From positions 973 to 64,972 of IMG/VR virus record IMGVR_UViG_3300002091_000031: 64,000 nucleotides of DNA; one strand, written 5' to 3'. Under the pieces are notes generated by a model. The model was given only the letters and a program-made list of their open reading frames with translations. It did not search any database and was not told where the DNA came from. The DNA is from a virus. This document shows positions 20,067 through 29,905 of this stretch, piece after piece. The number at the start of each line of letters is the position of its first letter. Position 1 is the first letter of the stretch. The position numbers were made by a program, and so were the translations under genes.

Positions 20067-20809
20067 TGCAAATTATTAAGAGAAAAATATTATTAGAGGA
20101 TAGCATAGATAGGAATTATAATAGCCCAACGTATGGTACGTTAACGGCTACTACATTTTTTATACAAGTAATGTTAACCCAAAATATTGAGAATATTGGT
20201 ATTTTTACTGACGTAGAATTTATCGAAAACACTAATATCAATCCAGATACTATAGATTCAACGCTAAGGCTTACTGGTAAGACAGTTTCAGATTACTTTA
20301 CACAGAATAATAAAGTAATTACAGGTAATACACAGTCGTATTTAGATGATGTTAAGACGTATAATGCACATTCACCTTATCAAGTAGGATTTCATGTTAA
20401 TAGTGAAAACTATATTAATATCAGTGGCGCAACTGTTAATGGTGTAGACGTAGTAACATCCTTAAATAACCCTATTACTTATTCTTTCGGTGTTGATAAA
20501 AATGATAGTAATAGTGGAACAACAAGTCAATCGAATGGGTTACTTTATCAAGATTTTACAGGAACAAATATAACAACAATTTCATATATTGGTCAAGGAC
20601 GAAATATAACCAATACTTCATTATCAGCTATAACAAAAATAAATGATTATTTATTTGGTATTACTTCAATACCAGAAGTAACAAGTGATGTATTTATAAA
20701 TAGAGGTATAACAAATGTCTTTGAAAAACACATGAAATTATCAGAAGTTACTACACTTGGTGAATTATCTAGGTATGGTAATGGATTTTTTAACTTAACA
20801 AAACAGTAA
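20066..20809 (+). CDS. Putative structural protein
   Basis: TAATG coupling within the structural block. Confidence 0.6.
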   Translation: MQIIKRKILLEDSIDRNYNSPTYGTLTATTFFIQVMLTQNIENIGIFTDVEFIENTNINPDTIDSTLRLTGKTVSDYFTQNNKVITGNTQSYLDDVKTYNAHSPYQVGFHVNSENYINISGATVNGVDVVTSLNNPITYSFGVDKNDSNSGTTSQSNGLLYQDFTGTNITTISYIGQGRNITNTSLSAITKINDYLFGITSIPEVTSDVFINRGITNVFEKHMKLSEVTTLGELSRYGNGFFNLTKQ

Positions 20810-20810
20810 T

Positions 20811-21728
20811 ATGGCAACAGGAACATATGGTATAGTCAGACCTGCGGATGTAACCCCAGATGATATTGAAATTTTTTATGATTACACCCCATCTAGGGAT
20901 ACACAAAGTAATGGCTTAACTAAAATTACGAATGCTAGTGATTTATTAATTAAGGTAAACAACCCTAATCGTACACAATCTGGTGTTAGTGGATTTGAAA
21001 TGTTTGGTGGTCTCTATACTTTAAAGCTACCAGTAAGCATTTTTAATGCTAAGGGTTTTTATACAATAATTATTAAACCAATTGAAATTAGAACATCAAT
21101 TGTTGATGTTGGAGTACTATCGGCATATCCTAACGTTAATGGCTTATTATTTGATATTTCTGCTATACCAACAAATTTAGCTAATAGATTTGAAAATAAT
21201 GGCTTAACTGGATATAGAGTAGAATATTTGAATTTAACAGCAACTGATGCTAAGGTTCATAATACATTTACTGTAATTACATCTAACAATAGGGCTGAAG
21301 CGGTTAATCAGAATCTTACAGATTCAAATCAGAAAGCAATTAGGTATCGTTTCAACGATAACTCAACATTGATATTTTGTACTGTAACACCTAATTCAGC
21401 GTCTGTTGTAAATACAAATGCGGTACCATTTATTGGTCAACCAAATCAACAAGTTGTAATTACCAATACATTCTTCAACCCAATCATGATTGAACTTGAA
21501 TTAGTTGATAACGATATTGAAACTCTTGCATATGGTATCTTCGGTAACCAAAGTAAGTCTCTTGAAGATGGTAAATATACAATTTATAATTTCAGTAATC
21601 AAATATTTGCACAATATGACCTTTATGAAATTAAAGATACATATAGCGGTGTTCCATTATTTGAAATTAGGGAACAAAGAAATAACATAGATTTTAGTAA
21701 GAATTTTAGTACAATCACAACAGTTTAA
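20811..21728 (+). CDS. Putative baseplate structural protein
   Basis: 305 aa, operon context. Confidence 0.6.
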   Translation: MATGTYGIVRPADVTPDDIEIFYDYTPSRDTQSNGLTKITNASDLLIKVNNPNRTQSGVSGFEMFGGLYTLKLPVSIFNAKGFYTIIIKPIEIRTSIVDVGVLSAYPNVNGLLFDISAIPTNLANRFENNGLTGYRVEYLNLTATDAKVHNTFTVITSNNRAEAVNQNLTDSNQKAIRYRFNDNSTLIFCTVTPNSASVVNTNAVPFIGQPNQQVVITNTFFNPIMIELELVDNDIETLAYGIFGNQSKSLEDGKYTIYNFSNQIFAQYDLYEIKDTYSGVPLFEIREQRNNIDFSKNFSTITTV

Positions 21729-21730
21729 TA

Positions 21731-23776
21731 ATGAGTAGTAATAGAATAAAAGTACTTGGTTACGCACAGAAAGTGGTATATAATAATTCAATTGAATATA
21801 CCCCATTTACACCTGATTTAGTCGGTTTACAATTGGCTAGTAATGGTGGTACCCCATTGTTTACTATGGGTAACTTTTATGTTACTACAAATCTTGATTC
21901 AAAGGTTGATAAAATCTTTGTAACTAATAATTTTTCACAATATACAACTTTAAATAGTATTAATTCTAGTTTACAATCAAGTATTGATATAATAACAAAT
22001 AATAATGGCGTAATATTGAATCTTGATAAAAGAGAACTTAAAAATTATGTACTATTTAATTCACTATCTGAATATGTTAGAGTTGCACTAGAAAGTATAA
22101 TTACTAACTGGCCAGCATCTTTGTATGTTACACCAATATATTCATTACCACCAGATTATTATACACAAAGCGGTATTACTTTTCAAAATTACGTTTATAA
22201 TCCCATTACACAAGTATCTACGTTTATGGTTAGTACAAACGTAGTCGTTAATAATTTTCAATTAAATTACTTAGCTAAGGGTTCATTACAAAATACATTT
22301 AATGCCGCTAATACGGTTAGAAATGTAGCATTAAACTATAAACAATATTCTATTTCTTATGGCGGTAATGAATACCCTGTAATTGGCTTCACTGGTTCAA
22401 CTTATACTACTAATGATTTCATTAATATTAGTGTAAGCGGTGATTGTTTCTCAGGAATGAGTAATGGATATTTGAGTTATCATATTAAGCCTAATAAAGT
22501 ACAAGAGGATTTCTTCTTTAATTCATTACCAGATTTTCAATATTATCTATTAAATAGGTTTACAGCACCTAAGTTTACCGCTCAATTTAATTTCACAGTT
22601 AAAACAGATAGCGGAGCTGTTGTCTACACTAAAGATAGTGTAACTTGGCCAACAAGTGATGGTTATAATATTGACTTTGATACTGATGCTTATACTTCGT
22701 ATGCTAATAGGTTATTAACAATTTCAACCGATTTTGATGGTACAACAAGTAATCTAATGGTAAGATTCTTAGTTACTGAATCTATTACTGAATTTGACAC
22801 ATCTAGTGTTGTAGTTGACCCATACAATCAAGATTCAACTGACCAAAAGATGAATAAAACGCTTACGGTCTATGGTGTTGAGTTTGATGAAATTAATCGC
22901 TTTATTCAAGGTATAAGATTTGTTAATACGGTATCTTATGACAAAAACGACAATACACCAGACATATATTTAAAAAGTTTAGCTAATATTTTAGGTTGGA
23001 ATTTAGTTTCATCTATTTTAGAAAATGACCTTCTTAAAAATTATCTACATCCGCAACCAACGACATACGCTGGTCAATCTGTTGGTCTTACAATGGTTGA
23101 AGCTGATACTGAACTTTGGAGAAGAATTATATTAAATTCACCTTGGATATGGAAATCTAAAGGTACTAGAAAAGCCATTGAATTTTTATTTAAGTTCATT
23201 GGTACACCACAAGGTTTAATAACATTCAATGAATATGTATATGTGGCTCAGAATGTTATTGATATGGACGTATTTAGAGGCGTTTTAAAGCTTAATAATC
23301 TAAATCCTGATATATCTACTTACCCAGTATCAATTAGCGGAAATCCTAAGCCTTTATACAATACTCCTAGTTTGTATTTTCAATCTAAAGGTCTATGGTA
23401 TAGAGAAACTGGTGGTCAGAACTCTACATTAGATATAACAACAGGTAATAACCCACATATAGGGCCTTATGATGGTGGTTATACCTACATTAATCAATTT
23501 AGAAAGTTGATACCTAACTTTAGTGCTGTAACGATTTCATCATCAACACAAACTACAGATAGTATCAATATATTTACAAATTATAATTCGGGTACCTTTG
23601 ACTTATACAGCGGTGGTACCTATATTAACATAATTGATTCAACAAATACTGATGTTACTAATAATTCTAACATTACTATAATTGATGACCCATATAATCG
23701 CTTAAAGAGTACATGTTTTGGTTGTCCAAAACCTAACCAAGCAAAAGCAGTAAGCATACTAATAAAAGGTAACTAA
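21731..23776 (+). CDS. Baseplate wedge protein with a tail protein I (P2 gpI / T4 gp7-like) domain
   Basis: PDIYLKSLANILGW...LWRRIILN...WKSKGTRKAIEFLFKFIG motif. Confidence 0.65.
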   Translation: MSSNRIKVLGYAQKVVYNNSIEYTPFTPDLVGLQLASNGGTPLFTMGNFYVTTNLDSKVDKIFVTNNFSQYTTLNSINSSLQSSIDIITNNNGVILNLDKRELKNYVLFNSLSEYVRVALESIITNWPASLYVTPIYSLPPDYYTQSGITFQNYVYNPITQVSTFMVSTNVVVNNFQLNYLAKGSLQNTFNAANTVRNVALNYKQYSISYGGNEYPVIGFTGSTYTTNDFINISVSGDCFSGMSNGYLSYHIKPNKVQEDFFFNSLPDFQYYLLNRFTAPKFTAQFNFTVKTDSGAVVYTKDSVTWPTSDGYNIDFDTDAYTSYANRLLTISTDFDGTTSNLMVRFLVTESITEFDTSSVVVDPYNQDSTDQKMNKTLTVYGVEFDEINRFIQGIRFVNTVSYDKNDNTPDIYLKSLANILGWNLVSSILENDLLKNYLHPQPTTYAGQSVGLTMVEADTELWRRIILNSPWIWKSKGTRKAIEFLFKFIGTPQGLITFNEYVYVAQNVIDMDVFRGVLKLNNLNPDISTYPVSISGNPKPLYNTPSLYFQSKGLWYRETGGQNSTLDITTGNNPHIGPYDGGYTYINQFRKLIPNFSAVTISSSTQTTDSINIFTNYNSGTFDLYSGGTYINIIDSTNTDVTNNSNITIIDDPYNRLKSTCFGCPKPNQAKAVSILIKGN

Positions 23777-23781
23777 ATAAC

Positions 23782-26700
23782 ATGGCAAGTTTATACAATA
23801 GCAAGAATTTAACATATAATCCTCCATTTAATATCATTTTAAATCCAAATGGTAATAGTGGTGAAATGTTTATCGTTACACCTGATGAAACATGTACATT
23901 GGACATTAGTTTCGATTATTTATTTAAATTTGATTGTGCTGATTTACTTGCTTACTTAAATACAAATCCAACAAATGCTAATATTCTCAATTTAATTGAA
24001 TCTATTGGTGCCACACTAGATTTGAACATTGTTAATAGCGGTACATTGGTAACTTATACACCAGTTTATAAAGAACAATTTTTTAAACCAATTGGTAGTG
24101 GTAATACATTCAATTATATAACAACATTAAGCGGCGCATCAAGTGGTTTATATTTATGTGGTGAAGTTCCTAATGATACGACTTGTTATCCTGTAACCAA
24201 TAGTAATTTACCATTATCTAATTGTTCAACAGCATTAAGCGCAATATTTAATATTTTAAAATCACAATCGGGTATTTCTGCATTAACGTCAAATTATGAT
24301 GAAATAATCTTATCTGGGTTATCATCAACATGGGCTAATTATAATGCAAAAATAACCGACCAAACTGTAATATCCGCTATAACAAATCAAAATATTAATA
24401 TTAGTATAACAGTTAGCGGAACATCAATAAATACATATGTTTTATTAGATAATATTGAGATAAATAGAAATTGTACTCATATTAGTAAGAATGATATATT
24501 TGTGAGTCAATCACCAGGTTTTGAGTTGAAAAAGATAATTGATAACAAAAAATCTTGGGTTTTAAATACCTCACCAGAGGAACGTAAGTATAGTGTATCA
24601 AATGTTAATAATTTAGTTAGTAAAAGACAAACAGATTACGAATTAGATAATGGACTACAAGTTTTAAATACCAAGGAAATTGATTTAAATCTTGATATAG
24701 CTAAAGCTGTTGAAACTGATGTCTGGAATTATATTATAAATAATCCCCTAATACTAACTGGTACAACTGTTGGTACAACAACCATTGAAATGGGTGATTG
24801 TAACCCACATGTAATTTGCGTTAGTGATAGTTGCGGCGATGCACCTATTGATATTAATGGTTTAATGACTCAATCATTAAGTGCTGTTACAACTGTAGAA
24901 AATTTTGAGAATTATATTGAATCTGAGCTCGTTGATGCTAAGAATAGGAAAATTATTTCATCATATCCGACACTTAGATTATTATATGACAGATATATGA
25001 ATGCGCTAAATTACTCTGGAAAACAATCTAACCAGTTTGATTATATTGCGATGATTAACTTCACTAAATTGATTGGTAATTATTGGGTGGATATTATTGA
25101 ACAAGTTATGCCATCTACGGCTATTTGGGCCTCAAGTAAGGTATATGGTAATCACTTATTCGATTCACAGAAATTTAAATATAGAAACTCAACATTATTA
25201 CTTGGAACCGCAACAACTGTAAACTCAGTTTTAAGCCCATGTTCAGGTATCACTTGTAATGCAGATATAACAACTAAGGTTATTGTTAGCGGCTCAAGTA
25301 ATGTATCACAATTTTTGAATCAACAAAGTAATGATAGTTTTAATAGCGCATATATTGTTCAATTTAATAGTGGTTCAGAATTTATTGGTAAAGTAACTTC
25401 AACAGCTAATTTTGTATGTAATATCGAATTAACAATGTTTGTTGCTAATAATGCATATCCTAATAATACTGGTGGTATGTTAACAACCGTTCTAATTGGT
25501 AATGTTGGTAAATTTACTTACGAACTTAGCGCATCAAGTTCTAATATGGTAATCTATAGTGATGGGTTAGTTTCAAATATTCCTAGTTTTAATAATTTAT
25601 CTGCGGATACCTATACACTAACAGTAACCGATTCAAGAGGTTGTTCTGCTACAGCTGTTGAAACTATTTCATTAGGAAGTTGTAAATTAACGCTATCATC
25701 AATTCTTAACAATAATGCATATCCTAATAATACTGGCGGTTATGTTATAACAACATTGAATGGTGCTAATTATCCAATTAGTTACGTTTTAAGTTCAACA
25801 ACAAGCTCAATCATATCTCAAGGTCAAAATCAAACTGCATTACCAACATTTAATAACTTATCTGCTGATACGTATTCATTAAATGTGATTGATAAGTATA
25901 ACTGTAGTGCCAGCACAATATTTACAGTTGGTAAAACTAATTGTAATATTGATATAAGCGCAACAACAGTTGAATCATCATATTTAGTTGGTGATGGTTC
26001 TATAACATTTACAGTTAAGGATTATGGTGCTGAAAGTGTAAACGGTGGTCCAACTAATGTAATTGCATACTCAGCAATTAGCGGTACATCAATTATACAA
26101 AGTGGTACTGTAAGTGATAACCAATCAATAACAGTATATGGTGTATCTGGTGGAACATATCAAATTAATGTTCAAGATGTTTACGGTTGCACTAAAACAA
26201 AATCAGTTATAGTTCCAACTCAACAATGTAACTTATCTGTAATAATATCACCAATTGATATTTATGCAGTTAATGGTATTACATATTATGACTATTCATC
26301 ATTGATAGCCTTAGTTCCATCATCACCAAGTAATATAACATATACTTGGTCAAATAATGTAAATTCAACTATTGTAACAGGGCAACAAATTAGTCCATTA
26401 CCAGGCGCAACATATACTGTAACAGCAACAACTAACACTGGCGCAGTATGTACTGCAACAGCGACATTTAATGTACCTAGAGTAGTTTATTATTTATTTG
26501 GTAATAACCAAGCTCCATCATTTGATAATAGTAAATATTTAACTATAACAATAAATGAAGTTGGTTCAACAACAACTATATTATTAAATAATATCGGACC
26601 AGACAACGTGTTATCAACACCAGTTTATCCGCATACTATTAATACTAGTTCAGCAACATTCTCAATTGCTAGATTACCATATGTAGTTTTAAATAACAAT

Positions 26701-26940
26701 GCTGATACGATTTCATTAGTTGTGTCTTCAACTACAGCATATAATCATACTAAGGTAATTGATGGTGAAATTGGAGCATATAAAATTAACCATTTCGGTG
26801 GAGTAATTAATAAATACGACCTTAAGGGTGGTTATTATTTTGGTGGTAATTATCAAGATGTAACAAACGTAAACTTTACAACGCCAGTAGTCGAACCAAA
26901 TTCTAATGCTGTCTTATTGGTAACATTAGTAACAATTTAA
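23782..26940 (+). CDS. Tail/baseplate fibre-like protein with SprB-like repeats
   Basis: Repeats such as LSADTYTLTVTDSRGCS, LSADTYSLNVIDKYNCS and GGTYQINVQDVYGCT. Confidence 0.65.
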   Translation: MASLYNSKNLTYNPPFNIILNPNGNSGEMFIVTPDETCTLDISFDYLFKFDCADLLAYLNTNPTNANILNLIESIGATLDLNIVNSGTLVTYTPVYKEQFFKPIGSGNTFNYITTLSGASSGLYLCGEVPNDTTCYPVTNSNLPLSNCSTALSAIFNILKSQSGISALTSNYDEIILSGLSSTWANYNAKITDQTVISAITNQNINISITVSGTSINTYVLLDNIEINRNCTHISKNDIFVSQSPGFELKKIIDNKKSWVLNTSPEERKYSVSNVNNLVSKRQTDYELDNGLQVLNTKEIDLNLDIAKAVETDVWNYIINNPLILTGTTVGTTTIEMGDCNPHVICVSDSCGDAPIDINGLMTQSLSAVTTVENFENYIESELVDAKNRKIISSYPTLRLLYDRYMNALNYSGKQSNQFDYIAMINFTKLIGNYWVDIIEQVMPSTAIWASSKVYGNHLFDSQKFKYRNSTLLLGTATTVNSVLSPCSGITCNADITTKVIVSGSSNVSQFLNQQSNDSFNSAYIVQFNSGSEFIGKVTSTANFVCNIELTMFVANNAYPNNTGGMLTTVLIGNVGKFTYELSASSSNMVIYSDGLVSNIPSFNNLSADTYTLTVTDSRGCSATAVETISLGSCKLTLSSILNNNAYPNNTGGYVITTLNGANYPISYVLSSTTSSIISQGQNQTALPTFNNLSADTYSLNVIDKYNCSASTIFTVGKTNCNIDISATTVESSYLVGDGSITFTVKDYGAESVNGGPTNVIAYSAISGTSIIQSGTVSDNQSITVYGVSGGTYQINVQDVYGCTKTKSVIVPTQQCNLSVIISPIDIYAVNGITYYDYSSLIALVPSSPSNITYTWSNNVNSTIVTGQQISPLPGATYTVTATTNTGAVCTATATFNVPRVVYYLFGNNQAPSFDNSKYLTITINEVGSTTTILLNNIGPDNVLSTPVYPHTINTSSATFSIARLPYVVLNNNADTISLVVSSTTAYNHTKVIDGEIGAYKINHFGGVINKYDLKGGYYFGGNYQDVTNVNFTTPVVEPNSNAVLLVTLVTI

Positions 26941-26951
26941 TATTTATTTAT

Positions 26952-27194
26952 ATGCCATTAATACTAAAACAAATAACAGCAACATTTTTGAGTAATTACT
27001 CAAGTAATTTAACGATTGTTGGCTTAATAAAAGCTAATATTAACCAGTCCGATTACATTAAAGTGAACGGATTTACGGGATATTTACAAAATTTTATTAA
27101 TGTTAATTCATTAACACCAAATAAGATTCAGTTAACATACGGGCTTAATAATCAATATAAATTACCAGTTTCAAACATACAATTATCATACTAA
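26952..27194 (+). CDS. Small structural-block protein
   Basis: TATTTAT immediately upstream; TAATG coupled to the next gene. Confidence 0.55.
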   Translation: MPLILKQITATFLSNYSSNLTIVGLIKANINQSDYIKVNGFTGYLQNFINVNSLTPNKIQLTYGLNNQYKLPVSNIQLSY

Positions 27195-29857
27195 TGAGGT
27201 ACCAAGAAAGGATATATGAACAAATAAACACATTTACCAGAAATAGAAGCGTTAATTTAATTAACACTAGTTCTGATATTTCAGTATTTTATACACCACA
27301 ATTCGATGTTAGTGGTGCAACTAAAGTACAATGTGGTGGTAGTAATTTTACTATTAGTGGTGTTCCATATAATACTTACCTAACAGCGGCCACAGCATCA
27401 TGTATTGGAACTAATTTAGACATTTCATGCTTTACTGGTTCTACGTGGAATACAAATATTTATGCTAATAACAATCTAGCGTATAGTAGTACATTTTTTA
27501 CAAGTAATACAACAACGGGAACACCGACAGATGCTTTATTTATACAATCAATTATTACTGGGTTAACTAGTTTAAATTATACGTATACGTTAAGCGGTAA
27601 TACATTTCACGTTATTAAACCATATGGTATTCAATCACTAGATATTGGGATTGATGTAATTGGTAATTTTGAATATGTACCGCCATTTACATGTCCAAGC
27701 GGTTTTATTAAAACACCAGCAAACGATGGTTGCGAACAAGTTAATACAACACCAAGTGTTTTTAATGGTAGCGGCTCAACGATTACTTCAGGTAATACAT
27801 TACCAGATTATGGTAATTATGGTACTTACTTCTACCCTAATTTAGATAATTTAAGTAATTTTCCATTAACTTATAATGGAACTGGCTTTTTATTAGATAC
27901 TAACAATAATGTTATTTCCCCACTTACAAAGGTAATATCTGGTAATAGATTTTGGGTTAATTCTGGTAATACAACCGATGGCCGATTGAATAAAGTGGGG
28001 TTATATCCTACTAGCGAACCAAATTATGCTGGATTTGCAAAATGTATTAATATTTCATCTGGTGGAACATACTATATTGGTCTTGCAGCAGATAACGATT
28101 GTCAATTTACACTTAATGGTCAGTTATTAGTTAATTTTAGTGGAACATCAGTATTTGACTTTAAAGTATGGAGTGTTTTTCCAGTTACTCTTCAGTCAGG
28201 TAATAATATTATACAAATGTTAGGTTCAAACCAAGGTGGTACCTCAGGTTCATTTGGAGCTGAAATTTATTATCCAAGTAGTTTTTCAGCATTAACAGCC
28301 GCTACATCAACAGCTAGTACGCAAGCTAATACCATATTCACAACAAACCAATTTATCGGTAAGACTTGGGAGTTAGGTACTACTTTTGGATACTCATGTC
28401 CATCGGGTTATTCATTAAATACATGCGGAACAGCATACACTTGTACTAGAATTGTTAAACAAGGTTTCCAACCAATATGTACTGGTAACTGTAATGGTGA
28501 TATTTTTAATGTTGCAGATGTTAATTTTCCAACGATTACTAACGGTAGCAACGGTGTATATGTTATGGACCCAAATACGGGTACTACAATACCATTTACG
28601 TTTAATTTTACTGGTAATACAAATTCATTCATAACTAATAATGCAACATTTAATTATGGTATTTATCAATTTAATCCAGCATTGAATTTATTTACTATAC
28701 CACCAGTATATGCGAGCCCTAATATTTCATATTCAGCTTTTTCTGGAACTAACTCATTAACACAAGCGGTGACATTTAGTGCATCTAGTGATGGTGATTA
28801 TCTAGTTAAAGGTTATGTTATTGGCGATGCTGGAACTAAATACTTAGATGCTCTTGGTGTTAAAATAAATACTATTGGTTATATTAACAATTCATCATCT
28901 AGTTTTTATAATCCAGATACTGATTTTTATTTTGTTGCAATATATGGTGCTGATTCACCAGTATTTTCACAATCACAAGCACAATTATCAAATAATGCGA
29001 TTACAGGAACATTAAGTTTATCGCAACAAGTAATAATTGTGGGAAATACAGATAATACGTACACTTATACTGGTAGTACCTTTACATTAGTTAATACATA
29101 CAATGGTCAACCAATAATAACATTAAATGGTTTAACATTGGCTAATGGTCATGATTATACATTAAATGGTCAGATATTAACATTCTTAGGACCAATTAAT
29201 CTTAAAGATGTTATAACGATTACATCTAATCAATCAAGTTCAATAGTATTAACATCTGAGTCTATTTATGTAAATACAGTGATACCTAGTGGTTCAACAA
29301 ATAATCATGGTAATAGTACTTACTACTATAACACGACAACTGGAAAATACGAAATTTATTTATTAAACACTCCACTTGCTAACACTACTATTGTAGTTAT
29401 GTTAAATGGTATTACATTAGTTAATAATATTGATTATTATCAGTCAACATCAAATCCAAATAGGATTATCTTAAACGGAACATTACTAATTGATGATATA
29501 ATCATGGTTATTTTTAACCCAAAATCAAGTGTAATTAATGGTATTTATTCAAATAATAATCTATTAAATTGGTATATTAAATACCCACCAATGGGTAATT
29601 ATGGTAATTTTGAAATACAATATAGTACAGATAATACATTTACAACATATACGGTTAGTAATGTAGTTCCATACAGTACAAATGTTGTCTCATACAGCGG
29701 TTATTTATCATTAACTGGTGATGCTGGAACCAATCTGTATTATAGAATAAAAAATACTAAGAGTTACCCTTCGAAATGCGGCGACCCGATAGTATCTGTG
29801 GCCTATAGTGAAACTGTACCAATAACAATTTTAAGTAATGCGCTAAACAGTTACTAA
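27194..29857 (+). CDS. Tail fibre/receptor-binding candidate with a PA14-like domain, CPSG(F/Y) Cys motifs and LNG...DY repeats
   Basis: YYIGLAADNDCQFTLNG (PA14-like); TCPSGF and SCPSGY; LNGLTLANGHDY and LNGITLVNNIDY. Confidence 0.6.
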   Translation: MRYQERIYEQINTFTRNRSVNLINTSSDISVFYTPQFDVSGATKVQCGGSNFTISGVPYNTYLTAATASCIGTNLDISCFTGSTWNTNIYANNNLAYSSTFFTSNTTTGTPTDALFIQSIITGLTSLNYTYTLSGNTFHVIKPYGIQSLDIGIDVIGNFEYVPPFTCPSGFIKTPANDGCEQVNTTPSVFNGSGSTITSGNTLPDYGNYGTYFYPNLDNLSNFPLTYNGTGFLLDTNNNVISPLTKVISGNRFWVNSGNTTDGRLNKVGLYPTSEPNYAGFAKCINISSGGTYYIGLAADNDCQFTLNGQLLVNFSGTSVFDFKVWSVFPVTLQSGNNIIQMLGSNQGGTSGSFGAEIYYPSSFSALTAATSTASTQANTIFTTNQFIGKTWELGTTFGYSCPSGYSLNTCGTAYTCTRIVKQGFQPICTGNCNGDIFNVADVNFPTITNGSNGVYVMDPNTGTTIPFTFNFTGNTNSFITNNATFNYGIYQFNPALNLFTIPPVYASPNISYSAFSGTNSLTQAVTFSASSDGDYLVKGYVIGDAGTKYLDALGVKINTIGYINNSSSSFYNPDTDFYFVAIYGADSPVFSQSQAQLSNNAITGTLSLSQQVIIVGNTDNTYTYTGSTFTLVNTYNGQPIITLNGLTLANGHDYTLNGQILTFLGPINLKDVITITSNQSSSIVLTSESIYVNTVIPSGSTNNHGNSTYYYNTTTGKYEIYLLNTPLANTTIVVMLNGITLVNNIDYYQSTSNPNRIILNGTLLIDDIIMVIFNPKSSVINGIYSNNNLLNWYIKYPPMGNYGNFEIQYSTDNTFTTYTVSNVVPYSTNVVSYSGYLSLTGDAGTNLYYRIKNTKSYPSKCGDPIVSVAYSETVPITILSNALNSY

Positions 29858-29905
29858 TATTTACAAATAACCTAAAAGAAATATATTTATAATAAAAAAA
29901 CAAGT

